Program-made: the position numbers and the translations under genes
DNA from: an uncultured Acidobacteriota bacterium
GTDB taxonomy: Bacteria > Acidobacteriota > Vicinamibacteria > Vicinamibacterales > CAVVIG01
Assembly (NCBI GenBank): GCA_963840225.1
Contig: CAWIYH010000002.1
Span: 519,934-583,933 of the forward strand
DNA: 64,000 bases
Reading direction: 5' to 3'
Shown: one piece after another, positions 51,503 through 61,965 of the stretch
Layout of the letters: every line of letters starts with the position of its first letter
Position numbering within the stretch: the first letter of the stretch is position 1
Notes under the pieces: model-generated
Seen by the model: the letters and a program-made list of their open reading frames with translations, nothing else
What the model was told of the DNA's origin: nothing
Database searches by the model: none

Positions 51503-51736
51503 CAGGCCAATCCTTTCCCCGGGCATTCTACCTTCGAGCGCCGTGCGCCTCGAATCCCCCAGTCAAAAGAGCCCCAATCACAAATCCCCAATCACAATCA
51601 GCAATCATCAATTTCATGGTATCGTTCCTCCGTACCTAGCGGGGTCCGCCGTTCTCAGCCAGGACCCCTACCCGCGCCCTCGCCCTCGCCGAGCGCCCGG
51701 ATGTAGGCATCACGCGAGCACCCTCCGAGGTGTGCG

Positions 51737-52138
51737 ATGCCCACGTTCACGAAGCTCACCCCCAATCTCGTCGTCGCCGATGTCGAGCGCAGCCTCGCGT
51801 TCTATGCCGATCTGCTCGGATTCTCGCGCGCCCTCCACGTGCCCGACGAGTCGCCGTACGTCTTTGCGTCGGTCACCAGCGGGCCGCTGGAGATCTTCCT
51901 GAACCTGACCGAGGCGGTGATCAAGGACCATCCGGAATGGGCGGGGAAGACCGCCGCGTCGCCGGGCCACTCGCTGTTCATCGAGGTGGAAGGCGTCGAC
52001 GCGCTCTACGAGCGCCTCGAGGCGCGCACGAAGGTCGTGATGCCCATCGTGACGCAGTGGTACGGCATGCGGGAGTTCGGCATCGAGGATCCCGACGGCC
52101 ACGTGATCCTGTTCGCCGAGCGGGTGACGCCGGCCTGA
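51737..52138 (+). CDS. VOC-family (glyoxalase/bleomycin-resistance fold) protein
   Basis: LTPNLVVADVERSLAFYADLLGF ... YGMREFGIEDPDGHVILF. Confidence 0.8.
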   Translation: MPTFTKLTPNLVVADVERSLAFYADLLGFSRALHVPDESPYVFASVTSGPLEIFLNLTEAVIKDHPEWAGKTAASPGHSLFIEVEGVDALYERLEARTKVVMPIVTQWYGMREFGIEDPDGHVILFAERVTPA

Positions 52139-52144
52139 ACGGCG

Positions 52145-54958
52145 TCAGCGCCGATCCTTCGCCAGCTGATCGAGCTTCTGCTTCAGGGCTTCGAGCTTCT
52201 GCCCGGCCTCGCCGAGCTTGCCTTCGGCCGTCAGCCGCTGGTAGTCGGCGAGGTCACGGGCGGCCCCGGCGATCAGCGCGCGGGTCGCCTCGGAGGCAGC
52301 CGGGGCCTGCGGCGGTCCCGCCGGCGGCGCGCCCGCGGCCGCGCCGCCGGCGGGCGCCGCGGCCTGCGCGGCCTCTGCTCCGAAGAGCTGCGTCAACGCC
52401 GACGAGAAGCTCGGGGCGTACACGAGGCGATCCTGCGTGGCGAGCACGACCAGCCTGAGCTCCGGCATCGGGCTGCGCTCGGCCTGCAGGTAGATGGGCT
52501 CGGCGTAGAGCAGCGACCTGCCGATCGGGATGACGAGCAGGTTGCCGCGCCGCACGTGCGATCCCTGCTGATTCCAGAGCGACAACTGTCCGGACAGCTG
52601 CGCATTCTGGTCAATCCGCGCCTCCACCTGCAGCGGGCCGTCGATGAGCCGGGTCTTCGGGAAGTCGTACACGACCGCCGTGCCGTAGTTCGGCTCGTCG
52701 CTGCGGCCGGCGATCCATCCGATGAGGTTGTTGCGGTTGGCCGGCGTGAAGGGCAGGATTTCCACATACTCGAGCGTCCGTTCGCCGGGCAGCGTCATCA
52801 GGACGAAGTTCGGCTCCATCGGCTCGGTGGCCTGCTCGCCGCGCGGCGTCAGGCCGACCTCGCTCGCCACCGTCCACAGATCCTCGCGGTTGTAGAACGT
52901 CTCGGGGTTGGTCATGTGATACAGGCCGTACACGTCCGCCTGCACCTTCAGCAGCAGCTCGGGGTACCGCACGTGCCGGCGCAATTCCGGCGACATCGCC
53001 GAAACGTCCTTGAACAGGGTGGGGAAGATGGCCCGGTAGGCCGCCACGATCGGATCGGCGGGATCGAAGACATAGAACGTCGTCGTGCCGTTGTAGGCGT
53101 CGATGACGACCTTCACGCTGTTCCGCAGGTAGTTGACGCGATCGCGATCGAGCTGATAGTGGCGCGCGTACGGATAGCTGTCGGACGTCATGAAGCCGTC
53201 CATGATCCAGAACAGCCGTCCTTCGTCGCTGACGACGATGTACGGATCGGGGTCGAAGGTGATGAAGGGAGCGAGCTGACCGACGCGGTTCCGCACGTCG
53301 CGCCGCATCAGCAGCCGGCTGTCGGCGCTCACGTCGTCGCTGAACGGGAGCTTGGCCAGGTCGCCGCGGTCGAGCGCGATGATCAGGCGCCGGAAGAAGC
53401 CGCCCAGGACGATGCCGCCGGTGCCGTCGTAGGCGGTGAAGCTGTTGTTCTCGCCGTGCGGATAGTTGAACTCCTGCTGACGCGTCTTGACGTACACGTC
53501 GGTGTTGGTGAGCTCACCGAAGTAGATCTCGGGACGCGTCACCTTCAGGTCCGGCGCGGCGCTTTCCACCGGCATGTTCGACAGCAGGAGGTCGGGCAGT
53601 CCCTCCGGCGTGAAGCCGTTCACCGGATTCATCGTGACGCCGTAGCCGTGCGTGTAGATCAGCTTCTCGTTGATCCAGTTGCGGCTGCTCTCGGGCAGCT
53701 TGGCGACGCTCAGCTCCCGCGCGGCGAGCATCATCTGGCGCATCTGCCCGCCGACCTCGTACCGGTCGATGTCGATGTCCGGGAAGTCGTAGTAGGTGCG
53801 GATCTCCTGGACCTGCCGGAGGGTATCCTGGAGCGCGCGCCAGTCCCACAGCCGGATGTTCTGGATGGTCGCCTGGTTCCGCGTCGCGTCGATCCCGGCG
53901 ACGCCTCCCTCCGCGGGGAAGTCGTGCCGCGTGACCCGGTCGAGCGCGAAGGCGGCCCGGGTGGCCTGGATGTTGTTCGCGATGAACGGCTTCTCGCGCA
54001 CCAGCTCGTTCGGCTTGACGATGAAGCTGGTCACGTACCAGGACGAGAGGCCGACGGCGAGATAGCAGACCGCGGCGGGAACGATGGCCGCGGCGAGCCA
54101 GCGCAGCCTGGGCGGCGACACCACGTTGACGAGCGCGATCAGCGCGCCGAGGACGAGCGCGCCCGCGACGATCAGCATGCCGGGGATCGTGATGTGCGCG
54201 TCGGCATAGGTGACGCCGGCGAAGATGGTGTGGTCGTCGAACAGCAGGTCGAACCGGCCCAGATAGACGCGGACGGCCAGGACGAGCAGCAGCACCGCGA
54301 AGGCGATCGACAGCGCCCGCCACGTCGTGCGCAGCTCGCTCTCCGCGCGCCGCCGCGTCAGTACCTGCGATCCGCCCGCCACCATGACGAAGAACACACC
54401 GATTACGCAGGCGATCACGGCAAGCGTCATGATCCAGCCCGACAGGAGCTCCCACGCCGGCAGCGTGAAGAGATAGAACGCGATCGGCCGATGGAACACG
54501 GCATCCGCCGCGCCCGCAGCAGGCGGCGCGTACCAGTACAACGCGAGCACCGGCCACTCGGCCATCAGCCCGGCGCCCGTGGCGAGCGCGATGACCGCCG
54601 CGCCCCCGAGCGCAATCGCGCGAAGCGCCGGCTCGAGCGGCAGCCTGAGCGGCTGGCCGTTGATGAGGACGATGCGCGTCGTCGCGAGCTCGGCGAGCCG
54701 CGCGGGCTTCATGGCGAGGAAGGACCCGTAGAGGGCCAGGAAGGTGACGCCGGCGAAGCCGGAGAAGACCAGAGACTGGAGCTTCAGCGTCTTCCAGAAG
54801 ACGTCGAGGTAGCCGAGCGACTCGAACCAGAGCGCGTCGACGTAGTAGGAGAGCGCGGTCCCGCCGGCCAGGAGGGCGAAGGCGACGAGGGCGAAGAGGA
54901 AGACCAGAGCGCCCCGTCGGGGCGGCCGCGGCGGCGGCCAGTCGATCGTTTCAGGCAT
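52145..54958 (-). CDS. UPF0182-family large membrane protein
   Basis: From ATG 54958. About 7 N-terminal TM helices, YYVDALWFESLGYLDVFWKTL, and a large extracytoplasmic domain ending in a coiled-coil tail. Confidence 0.82.
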   Translation of the reverse strand: MPETIDWPPPRPPRRGALVFLFALVAFALLAGGTALSYYVDALWFESLGYLDVFWKTLKLQSLVFSGFAGVTFLALYGSFLAMKPARLAELATTRIVLINGQPLRLPLEPALRAIALGGAAVIALATGAGLMAEWPVLALYWYAPPAAGAADAVFHRPIAFYLFTLPAWELLSGWIMTLAVIACVIGVFFVMVAGGSQVLTRRRAESELRTTWRALSIAFAVLLLVLAVRVYLGRFDLLFDDHTIFAGVTYADAHITIPGMLIVAGALVLGALIALVNVVSPPRLRWLAAAIVPAAVCYLAVGLSSWYVTSFIVKPNELVREKPFIANNIQATRAAFALDRVTRHDFPAEGGVAGIDATRNQATIQNIRLWDWRALQDTLRQVQEIRTYYDFPDIDIDRYEVGGQMRQMMLAARELSVAKLPESSRNWINEKLIYTHGYGVTMNPVNGFTPEGLPDLLLSNMPVESAAPDLKVTRPEIYFGELTNTDVYVKTRQQEFNYPHGENNSFTAYDGTGGIVLGGFFRRLIIALDRGDLAKLPFSDDVSADSRLLMRRDVRNRVGQLAPFITFDPDPYIVVSDEGRLFWIMDGFMTSDSYPYARHYQLDRDRVNYLRNSVKVVIDAYNGTTTFYVFDPADPIVAAYRAIFPTLFKDVSAMSPELRRHVRYPELLLKVQADVYGLYHMTNPETFYNREDLWTVASEVGLTPRGEQATEPMEPNFVLMTLPGERTLEYVEILPFTPANRNNLIGWIAGRSDEPNYGTAVVYDFPKTRLIDGPLQVEARIDQNAQLSGQLSLWNQQGSHVRRGNLLVIPIGRSLLYAEPIYLQAERSPMPELRLVVLATQDRLVYAPSFSSALTQLFGAEAAQAAAPAGGAAAGAPPAGPPQAPAASEATRALIAGAARDLADYQRLTAEGKLGEAGQKLEALKQKLDQLAKDRR

Positions 54959-54974
54959 GGTTGGAATCGTTTCG

Positions 54975-57144
54975 CTAACCCCTCGCGCTCGATCGAGAGG
55001 ACCCGGGCAGCCCCTTCGGCACCATGGGCATCGATCGGATTCGGACGCCGGTCGCATGGAAGATGGCGTTGCCGATGGCCGGCGCGACGCCCACAATCGG
55101 CGTCTCGCCGGCGCCGGCCGGCCGGATGTCGCGCCGGTCCACCAGCACCACCTCGATGTCCGGGAGGTCGCTGAATCGCGGCACCCGGTAGCTCTCGAAG
55201 CGTCCGTTGGTCAGACGTCCCTCGTCGAAGTCGATGGCTTCGAACAACGCGCCGCCCAGCCCCTGGACGACGGACCCGGACACCTGGTTGTTCAGGCCGT
55301 CGGGGTTGACGATGGCTCCGCATTCGAAGGCGACGACGATGCGGCGGACCTTCACGCGCCCCTCCGGGCGATCCACCTGGACCTCGGCGCAGAGCGCCGT
55401 GTAGCCGCCCTTCTCGACCCCGCAGGCGAGGCCGCGGCCCCGCACCACGTCGTCGGCTGCGGCGGGCTGCGGCCATCCGAAACGCCGCGCCGCCGCCTCG
55501 AGCACGGCGGCAAGACGTTCGTCCTTCAGGTTCTTCAATCGGAACGCGAGCGGATCCATCCCGACCGCATGGGCGAGGTCGTCCATGTGCGACTCGCGCG
55601 CGAAGTGATTGGCCGTGGCGGCGAGCCCCCGATACGACCCCTGTCGCAGGGGCGACTGCGCCGGGTGGAACTCGACGTGCTGGTTGGGCACCTCGTACGG
55701 CGTCTGGATGCCCGACGGCCCCGAGTTGTAGTTGTGGTGCTCCCAGGCGGTGAGCGTGCCGTCCTTGCGCGCGCCGCCCCGCACCTCGATGACGCCCGCC
55801 GGGCGGAAGTAGGCCCAGGCGAACTCCTCGGCGCGGGACCACACCAGCTTGACCGGACGGTTCGCCGCGCGAGCAAGGCGCGCGGCCTCGACGGCCGCGT
55901 CTCCGGTGTGCTTGCCTCCGTAGGCCGACCCGGTGTCGGGAACCACGACGCGCACGCGATCGGCCGGGAGATGAAACGCCTGCATCAGCTCCTGCTGCAC
56001 ACCGAAGGGACGCTGGGTGCCGGTCCACACGGTCAGCCCGCCGTCATGCCACTCGGCGACCGCGGCGCGCGGCTCGAGCGGCGCATGCGCGATGTAGGCG
56101 ATGGTGTACTCGGCGGACAGCTTCGCGTCGGCGGCGGCGAGCCCTTCGTCCACCGATCCCCTCGTCGTGGGACGGCTTCGTCCCCCGGGCTCCGTGTGGG
56201 TCTTCAGAATCCGCGAACAGGGTGCGTGCGGAAGCGCCGGACCCCGCGGTCCATTCGGCCTTGATGGCGGCGGCCGCGTCATCGGCGCTCGCGGCGGACG
56301 GCGCGGCGACGCCGACGAAGTCGTTGTCGTGGACCACTGTCACGCCGGCCAGTGCCTCGGCGGCGGCCGTATCCAGGCTCTTGAGGCCCGCGCCGTACGC
56401 GGGCGGACGCACGATCCGTGCGTGGAGCATGCCCGGACGCACGACGTCGGCGGCATAGCGGTGGCGTCCCGTGACGAAGGCGCGGCCGTCGACCTTGGGG
56501 GCCGGCGCGCCCGCGATCGTCCAGTCCTTCGGCGCGCGCAGCGCCGTGTCCTCGCTCACCGTCGCCACCAGCGGTGCGCCGGCCATCAGTGCGCCGAACC
56601 CGAGCGATTGTCCCGACGGTCCGTGAATCAATCCGTCCTTGACGGTCACCGACGCGGCGTCGGCCTTCCAGCGCGCCCGCGCCCGCTCGACGAGGACGCC
56701 GCGGGCGGCGGCGGCGACCTTGCGCAGCTGCAGGTTCATGGTCGGGGTCGTGCGGCTGCCGAACGTGCCCATGTCGAAGGGCGTCGCGGCGGTGTCGGCC
56801 ATGACGAGGGTGATGGCCGCAACCGGCGCGCCGAGCTCCTCGGCCACGGCCTGGGTCAGCGACGTGCGGATGTTCTGGCCGATCTCGGTCTTGCCGGTGA
56901 ACACGGTCACCTGGCCGTCCTCGGCGACGTGCAGCCAGGCGTTGACGGCGGCTGGCATCCTGTCGCCGGCGAACGCCGCCCGACCTGATTCCTGCGCGCC
57001 CGCGAGTCGGGGCGAGACGAGCAGCACGACGAGGCCGGTGCCGAACGTCTTCAGGAAGTCGCGCCGATCGAACGCGAAATGGTACCGCGCGTCGGCGAAC
57101 AGCTCGTACCGCTCGAGCTCGATGACCTCGACCGCATCACGCAC
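54975..57144 (-). pseudogene. Molybdopterin-binding large subunit of an IorB/aldehyde-oxidase-type dehydrogenase; apparent 1-nt insertion at about 56211
   Basis: The N-terminal part is in ORF 56044-57264, from GTG 57144, with Tat motif FDRRDFLKTFG. The C-terminal part is in ORF 54975-56282 (...AEYTIAYIAHAPLEP...GGKHTG...). 2170 nt minus 1 nt = 723 codons. Confidence 0.85.
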
Positions 57145-57592
57145 GGGCCACCTCCCTGATCGCCGCGAGGATGCGCGGATAGGTGCCGCACCGGCAGACG
57201 TTCTTGTCCATGGCCCTGACGATGTCCGCGTCGGACGGACGGGGCGAGGCCTGGAGGAGGCCAACAGCGGTCATGATCATGCCCGACGTGCAGTACCCGC
57301 ACTGGAGCGCTTCGTGCTGGAGAAAGGCCTGCTGCACCGGGTGCAGGCGCCCGTCCTGCTCGAGCGACTCGATGGTCGAAATCGCGCGACGCTGGACGAG
57401 CGACGCGCGGGTCTGGCATGACTTGACGGCGACGTTGTCGACCAGCACCGTGCACGCGCCGCACTGGCCTTCGCCGCACCCGTACTTGGTGCCGGTCAGG
57501 TCGAGCCGGTCGTGGAGCGCCGACAGGAGTGTCTCGGTGGGAGCGACGTCCAGATCGTGGGAGGTGCCGTTCACGCGCAGTGTGACCTTCAT
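57137..57592 (-). CDS. (2Fe-2S)-binding small subunit of the molybdenum dehydrogenase (IorA/CoxS-like)
   Basis: Plant-type box CGEGQCGACTV and second cluster box CGYCTSGMIM...CRCGTY. Confidence 0.9.
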   Translation of the reverse strand: MKVTLRVNGTSHDLDVAPTETLLSALHDRLDLTGTKYGCGEGQCGACTVLVDNVAVKSCQTRASLVQRRAISTIESLEQDGRLHPVQQAFLQHEALQCGYCTSGMIMTAVGLLQASPRPSDADIVRAMDKNVCRCGTYPRILAAIREVARA

Positions 57593-57675
57593 GGTTCCCT
57601 TACCCTATCTTCAGTTCACCAGAGCAGGGCTTCAACAACCTTACCGCGTTCGACGACCCGGATCATCTATTACTC

Positions 57676-57698
57676 CGCGTGGGGCCCCACCCCGCGCG
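57676..57698. repeat. Third copy of the GGGGCCCCACCCC hairpin element
   Basis: CGCGTGGGG-CCCCA-CCCCGCGCG: a 9-bp stem (one G-U pair) with the same loop as the copies at 39401-39424 and 39503-39526, followed by a similar ...GCTGACGC tail. Confidence 0.6.
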
Positions 57699-57758
57699 CA
57701 GCCGTCGCTGACGCTCCGGATCCTGGTTGTCGGGCCTCGGGCAAAACACGGCTGCTGG

Positions 57759-58370
57759 TCACTTGCTGCTCCCGTAGTCCCTGCCGCCGTAGTCCTGGTC
57801 GACGGCGCCCGGCACGGTGACGGCCGGGGCGCTGGTCCGATCGGGAATCCGGTGGTGCACCGGCTTGAGGTGACGGAGGTACACGACGACGGCCCGCAGG
57901 TCCTCTTCGGTCCAGTTCGAGAAGTTCGCCCACGGCATCACGGTATGCGACGTCACGTGGCCGTCGGGGAACAGCCCGCTGCGCAGCACGCGCACGATTT
58001 CGGCGTCGGTCCGACCGCCGATGCCGGTTTCGCGATCCGGCGTCAGGTTGCGGCTGACGAAGGTGCCGTGCCGGGTCTGGATCTTGAGTCCGCCGGCGAG
58101 ATACCGGCTCCAGTCCGGCCCCTGCGGTCCGGGCGTCCCGTGGCAGCCGATGCAGCCGGTGGTCATGACGAGATATCGGCCCCGCTCGGCCAGCGCGCGT
58201 TCGACCGGGTCCGTGATGTCGTTGACGCCCGGCGTGTTCGGCGCGACGTCCTTGGAGAACGCCTCGGGCGGCGCGATGAAGAAGGGCGGAATGAAATAGA
58301 GGAACGCCAGGAAGGCCAGGATCGCCAGCGAGGAAAGCACCACGGCCGTCCGCTTGACGATCGTGCTCAT
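57759..58370 (-). CDS. Membrane-anchored monoheme c-type cytochrome
   Basis: ATG 58370 overlaps the stop of the upstream cytochrome gene (ATGA). TM segment VVLSSLAILAFLAFLYFI. Single CIGCH motif. Confidence 0.8.
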   Translation of the reverse strand: MSTIVKRTAVVLSSLAILAFLAFLYFIPPFFIAPPEAFSKDVAPNTPGVNDITDPVERALAERGRYLVMTTGCIGCHGTPGPQGPDWSRYLAGGLKIQTRHGTFVSRNLTPDRETGIGGRTDAEIVRVLRSGLFPDGHVTSHTVMPWANFSNWTEEDLRAVVVYLRHLKPVHHRIPDRTSAPAVTVPGAVDQDYGGRDYGSSK

Positions 58371-59699
58371 CGCTGAGCTTCCTTCCGGGTCGTCCCGGCA
58401 TTGCCCGGAAAGAAGACGATAGGCGGGTCCTCTTTGAGCATGAGCATCTTGAACTTGCCCCACAGGTAGAGCGGCAGGATGGCGCGCCGGGGCCTGGGCA
58501 CCTTGTTGTAGACGGGCGGCACGGTGCGAAGATACGCGACGATCGCGTCGAGATCCTCCGGGCGCAGCGTCGAGTACCGACGGCCAGTCCATCGGGTACG
58601 GCAGCATCCGGGTGCCGTCAGGCAGGGTGCCGGTCGTGAGGACGCGCTTGATCTGGTCGTCGGTCCAGTTGCCGAGGCCCGTTTCCTTGTCGGAGGTCAG
58701 GTTCCCGGTCGGATAGTCGCCGAATGGCTCGAGCCGCAGGCGAAGACCGCCCGCCATCAGCATTCCCGGGAGAATCCGCTTTTGCTCGTCGGCGGGCGAG
58801 TGGCACAGCGCGCAGGCCATTCCGTTGACGAGATAGCGTCCGCGCCGGACCGGGTCCTTCTTCGCCTCGGCCGCCTGCCGCGCATACAGTCCCTTGATCT
58901 CGTCGGCGTTCATCTGCCAGGCGGGCTTCCGCGCGAGCGAGAGGACGTAGTTGGCGAGGTCCCACATCTCGCCGTCGCTCGCCGAATCGGTAAACGACGG
59001 CATCGGCGTGCCGGACATCCCGGTCCGGAAGCGCAGGTACACCTCGCGCGTGGACGCGCCGCCGTGGAACATCCAGGGCTCGGTGAGATCCGCGGCGTTC
59101 AAGGGCTGGCCCCAGTCGTCCTCGAACTCGGTCGCAATCGCGTCGGTGCCGTGGCCGTCGGTGCCGTGGCAGCCCGAACACTGCAGCTTGTCGTACACCA
59201 GGCGTCCGCGGGCGATGCTCTCCGGCGATTCCAGCACCTCGGGACCGAGCGTCACAGGCTGGGGCGGCGTCTGAAACTTCGGCGACAGCGTCTTGAGATA
59301 ACTGACGACGGCCGCGATGTCGTCATCCGAAAGGACGCCCTGCCATCCCGGCATCGCCAATCCGTACAGCCCCTCGCGGACCGATCGAATCAGGTCGTCG
59401 TCGGTCGGCACGCTGCCGGTGTCGGTCGAGCGGATCTTGTACTTGCCGCTGGTGAAGTCGAGCGGCCGCGGCGTCATGAGCAGCGCCGCCGGCCCGTCGC
59501 CGCGACCCGTGTCGCCGTGGCATTCGACGCATTTGGCTTCGTAGACGACCTTGCCGCGCGCGACGAGGATCCCGTCCGGCGCCGGAGCCGCCGGAGGTTG
59601 CGCGTCCAGTCCGCGTCCCCGCACGGCCAGCGCCACACCGCCCGCCAGCAGGACCGCGAGCGCGATGGTGCGGCCGGGCCGCGACAACAGCCAGTTCAT
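58367..59699 (-). pseudogene. Triheme c-type cytochrome (dehydrogenase cytochrome c subunit-like); apparent 1-nt insertion at about 58577
   Basis: CVECH, CSGCH and CALCH lie in the 57759-59699 frame up to ...LPYPMDWPS. The continuation YSTLRPEDLDAIVAYLRTVPPVYNKVPRPRRAILPLYLWGKFKMLMLKEDPPIVFFPGNAGTTRKEAQR-stop is in the frame offset by one base. 1333 nt minus 1 nt = 444 codons. Confidence 0.82.
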
Positions 59700-60706
59700 A
59701 GGCCGATACCTGGTGAGCGGACTCCGCCGGAGTCCGACGGTGTCAACACGATCTTTCCGAAGGCGCCCGGCTCCATCACGATCTGGTGGGCGCGCGGCGC
59801 CTGGACGAGCGGCAGCTCACGCCCGACGACCGGATTCAGCGTGCCGTTCTCCAGGCCCGCCACCAGGGCCGCGTGGATGGAGCGCAGATCCTCGGGCGAG
59901 ACGTTGAACAGTGTCATGCCGAGAATCGCCGCGTCGCGCGACATCGCCCGGCGCGCGTCGATCTCGACGCGCCCGCGGTTGCCGATCGCGACGACGCGGC
60001 CGCGCGGCGCCAGGAGGTTGAGGTCGTCGTCGAGGTTCAGGTGCGTCGCCATCTCGAGCACGACGTCGACGCCGCGGCCGGCCGTCGCCTTGATGATCTC
60101 GTCGAGATAGCCGGGGGCCCGATGGTTGACGACGACATTGGCGCCGTGCTCGCGCGCGGCCTCCATGCCTCTCTCGGTGCCGCCCGTGCCGACGACGAAC
60201 ATGCCGTGGGCGTGCGCCAGCTCGACGGCCGCCAGGCCGACTCCGCCGGTCGCGCCGTGGACCAGCACGGTCTCGGCCGGCCGGGCCGCGGCGCGGTGGA
60301 ACAGCGCCCGATAGGCGGTCGCGTACGGCACGCCAAGGGCGGCGCCCTGCGCGAACGAGACGCGATAGGGGAGCGGATGCACCTGGGCCAGGGCGCAGAC
60401 GGCGTTCTCGGCATACGTGCCCTGCTGCCGATCGGCGGTCCCGATGACATAGACGCGATCGCCGACGGCGACGCCGGTGATTCCGGCCCCGACGGCTTCG
60501 ATGACGCCTGCCGCGTCGGTTCCCGGGGTGTAGGGCAGCGACGGCAGACGGGCATACGCGCCGGCGCGGACGTAGGTCTCCACCGGGTTGACGCCGCAGG
60601 CGTGGATGCGGACGAGCACCTGCCCCGGGCCCGGCGCCGGGTCGGAGACGCTCGCGAGCTGCATCACGTCGGGGTCGCCGAACTGCCGGATGACGATGGC
60701 GCGCAT
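59696..60706 (-). CDS. NADPH:quinone oxidoreductase / zeta-crystallin-type medium-chain dehydrogenase
   Basis: [17 protein letters not shown]..., the cofactor loop [17 protein letters not shown], and no structural-zinc Cys cluster. Confidence 0.85.
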   Translation of the reverse strand: MRAIVIRQFGDPDVMQLASVSDPAPGPGQVLVRIHACGVNPVETYVRAGAYARLPSLPYTPGTDAAGVIEAVGAGITGVAVGDRVYVIGTADRQQGTYAENAVCALAQVHPLPYRVSFAQGAALGVPYATAYRALFHRAAARPAETVLVHGATGGVGLAAVELAHAHGMFVVGTGGTERGMEAAREHGANVVVNHRAPGYLDEIIKATAGRGVDVVLEMATHLNLDDDLNLLAPRGRVVAIGNRGRVEIDARRAMSRDAAILGMTLFNVSPEDLRSIHAALVAGLENGTLNPVVGRELPLVQAPRAHQIVMEPGAFGKIVLTPSDSGGVRSPGIGL

Positions 60707-60738
60707 GCGTCGAATGCTATCATGGGCGTTCAGCCTCC

Positions 60739-61965
60739 ATGAGCCTCGTGCGCCTCCACAAGACGGTCGGCGTGAGGGTGGGCCGCGTCCAGATTGGCGG
60801 CGGCGCGCCGGTCGTCGTCCAGTCGATGACGATGACCGACACGGCCGACGCGCGCGCGACGGCTCAGCAGTGCATCGAGCTCGCGGAGGCGGGCTCCGAG
60901 CTCGTGCGCGTCACCGTCAATCTGCCCGAAGCGGCGGCGGCGGTGCCCGAGATCAGGCAGCGGATGCTCGACGCCGGCTGCACCGCGCCGCTCATCGGCG
61001 ACTTTCATTACAACGGGCACCTCCTCCTCACGAAGTTTCCCGCCTGCGCGCGCGCGCTCGACAAGTACCGCATCAACCCGGGGAATGTCGGCACGGGCCG
61101 CCGGCGCGACGAACAGTTCGCCACCATCTGCAAGGTGGCGGTCGACAACGGCAAGCCGGTCCGCATCGGCGTGAACGGGGGCTCCCTCAATCAGGAGCTC
61201 GTCGTCGCCAAGATGCAGGAGAACACCGACCGCGATCTCGGCCGCACCTCCGAGGAGATCATCAACGAGTGCCTGGTGCTCTCTGCGCTCGAGTCGACCG
61301 CGCTGGCGATCGAGAGCGGGCTCGCACGGGACCAGATCATCATCTCGTGCAAGACGTCGCGCCCCAACGACCTCATCGCCGTCTACCGCGAGCTTGCCCG
61401 CCGCACGGATCAGCCGCTCCATCTCGGGCTCACCGAGGCCGGCATGGGCGTCAAGGGGCTGGTCTGGTCGGCGGCGGCGATGGGCGTGCTGCTCAACGAG
61501 GGCATCGGCGACACCATCCGCGTCTCGCTGACGCCGCGGCCCGGCGGCGACCGCCGCGAGGAGGTGTACGCCGCCTGCGAGCTCCTGCAGTCGCTCGGGC
61601 TGCGCTCGTTCTCGCCGAGCGTCACGGCCTGCCCGGGCTGCGGCCGGACGACGAGTGCGACGTTCCAGGAGCTCGCCGAGCGCATCCAGGGGTACGTCCG
61701 CGAGCGGATGCCGGTCTGGAAGACCGAGTACGACGGTGTCGAGACGATGACGCTCGCCGTGATGGGATGCGTGGTGAACGGCCCGGGAGAATCGAAGGCG
61801 GCGAACATCGGCATCAGCCTCCCCGGGACGGGCGAGGCGCCGAACTGCCCGGTCTTCATCGACGGCGTGCACGCCACGACGCTGAGGGGGACGTACGACG
61901 AGCTGGCCGCGGCCTTTCAGCGTCTGGTCGATGAGTACGTCGAGACCCGCTACGCCCGGCGCTGA
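60739..61965 (+). CDS. ispG: 4-hydroxy-3-methylbut-2-en-1-yl diphosphate synthase (flavodoxin)
   Basis: [27 protein letters not shown], the Cys ligands in ACPGCGRT, and GCVVNGPGE. Confidence 0.92.
   Translation: MSLVRLHKTVGVRVGRVQIGGGAPVVVQSMTMTDTADARATAQQCIELAEAGSELVRVTVNLPEAAAAVPEIRQRMLDAGCTAPLIGDFHYNGHLLLTKFPACARALDKYRINPGNVGTGRRRDEQFATICKVAVDNGKPVRIGVNGGSLNQELVVAKMQENTDRDLGRTSEEIINECLVLSALESTALAIESGLARDQIIISCKTSRPNDLIAVYRELARRTDQPLHLGLTEAGMGVKGLVWSAAAMGVLLNEGIGDTIRVSLTPRPGGDRREEVYAACELLQSLGLRSFSPSVTACPGCGRTTSATFQELAERIQGYVRERMPVWKTEYDGVETMTLAVMGCVVNGPGESKAANIGISLPGTGEAPNCPVFIDGVHATTLRGTYDELAAAFQRLVDEYVETRYARR

Noticed and set aside
57759-59699. Single 646-aa cytochrome ORF in the track
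   Set aside because: The middle ~70 residues (VLDAAPGGSRRDRRVSSHRAARLQQ...) are non-protein-like, while the frame offset by one base encodes a conserved cytochrome C-terminus ending in a stop that overlaps an ATG. It is better explained as two genes (58367-59699 with a one-base disruption, and 57759-58370) that happen to share a frame.
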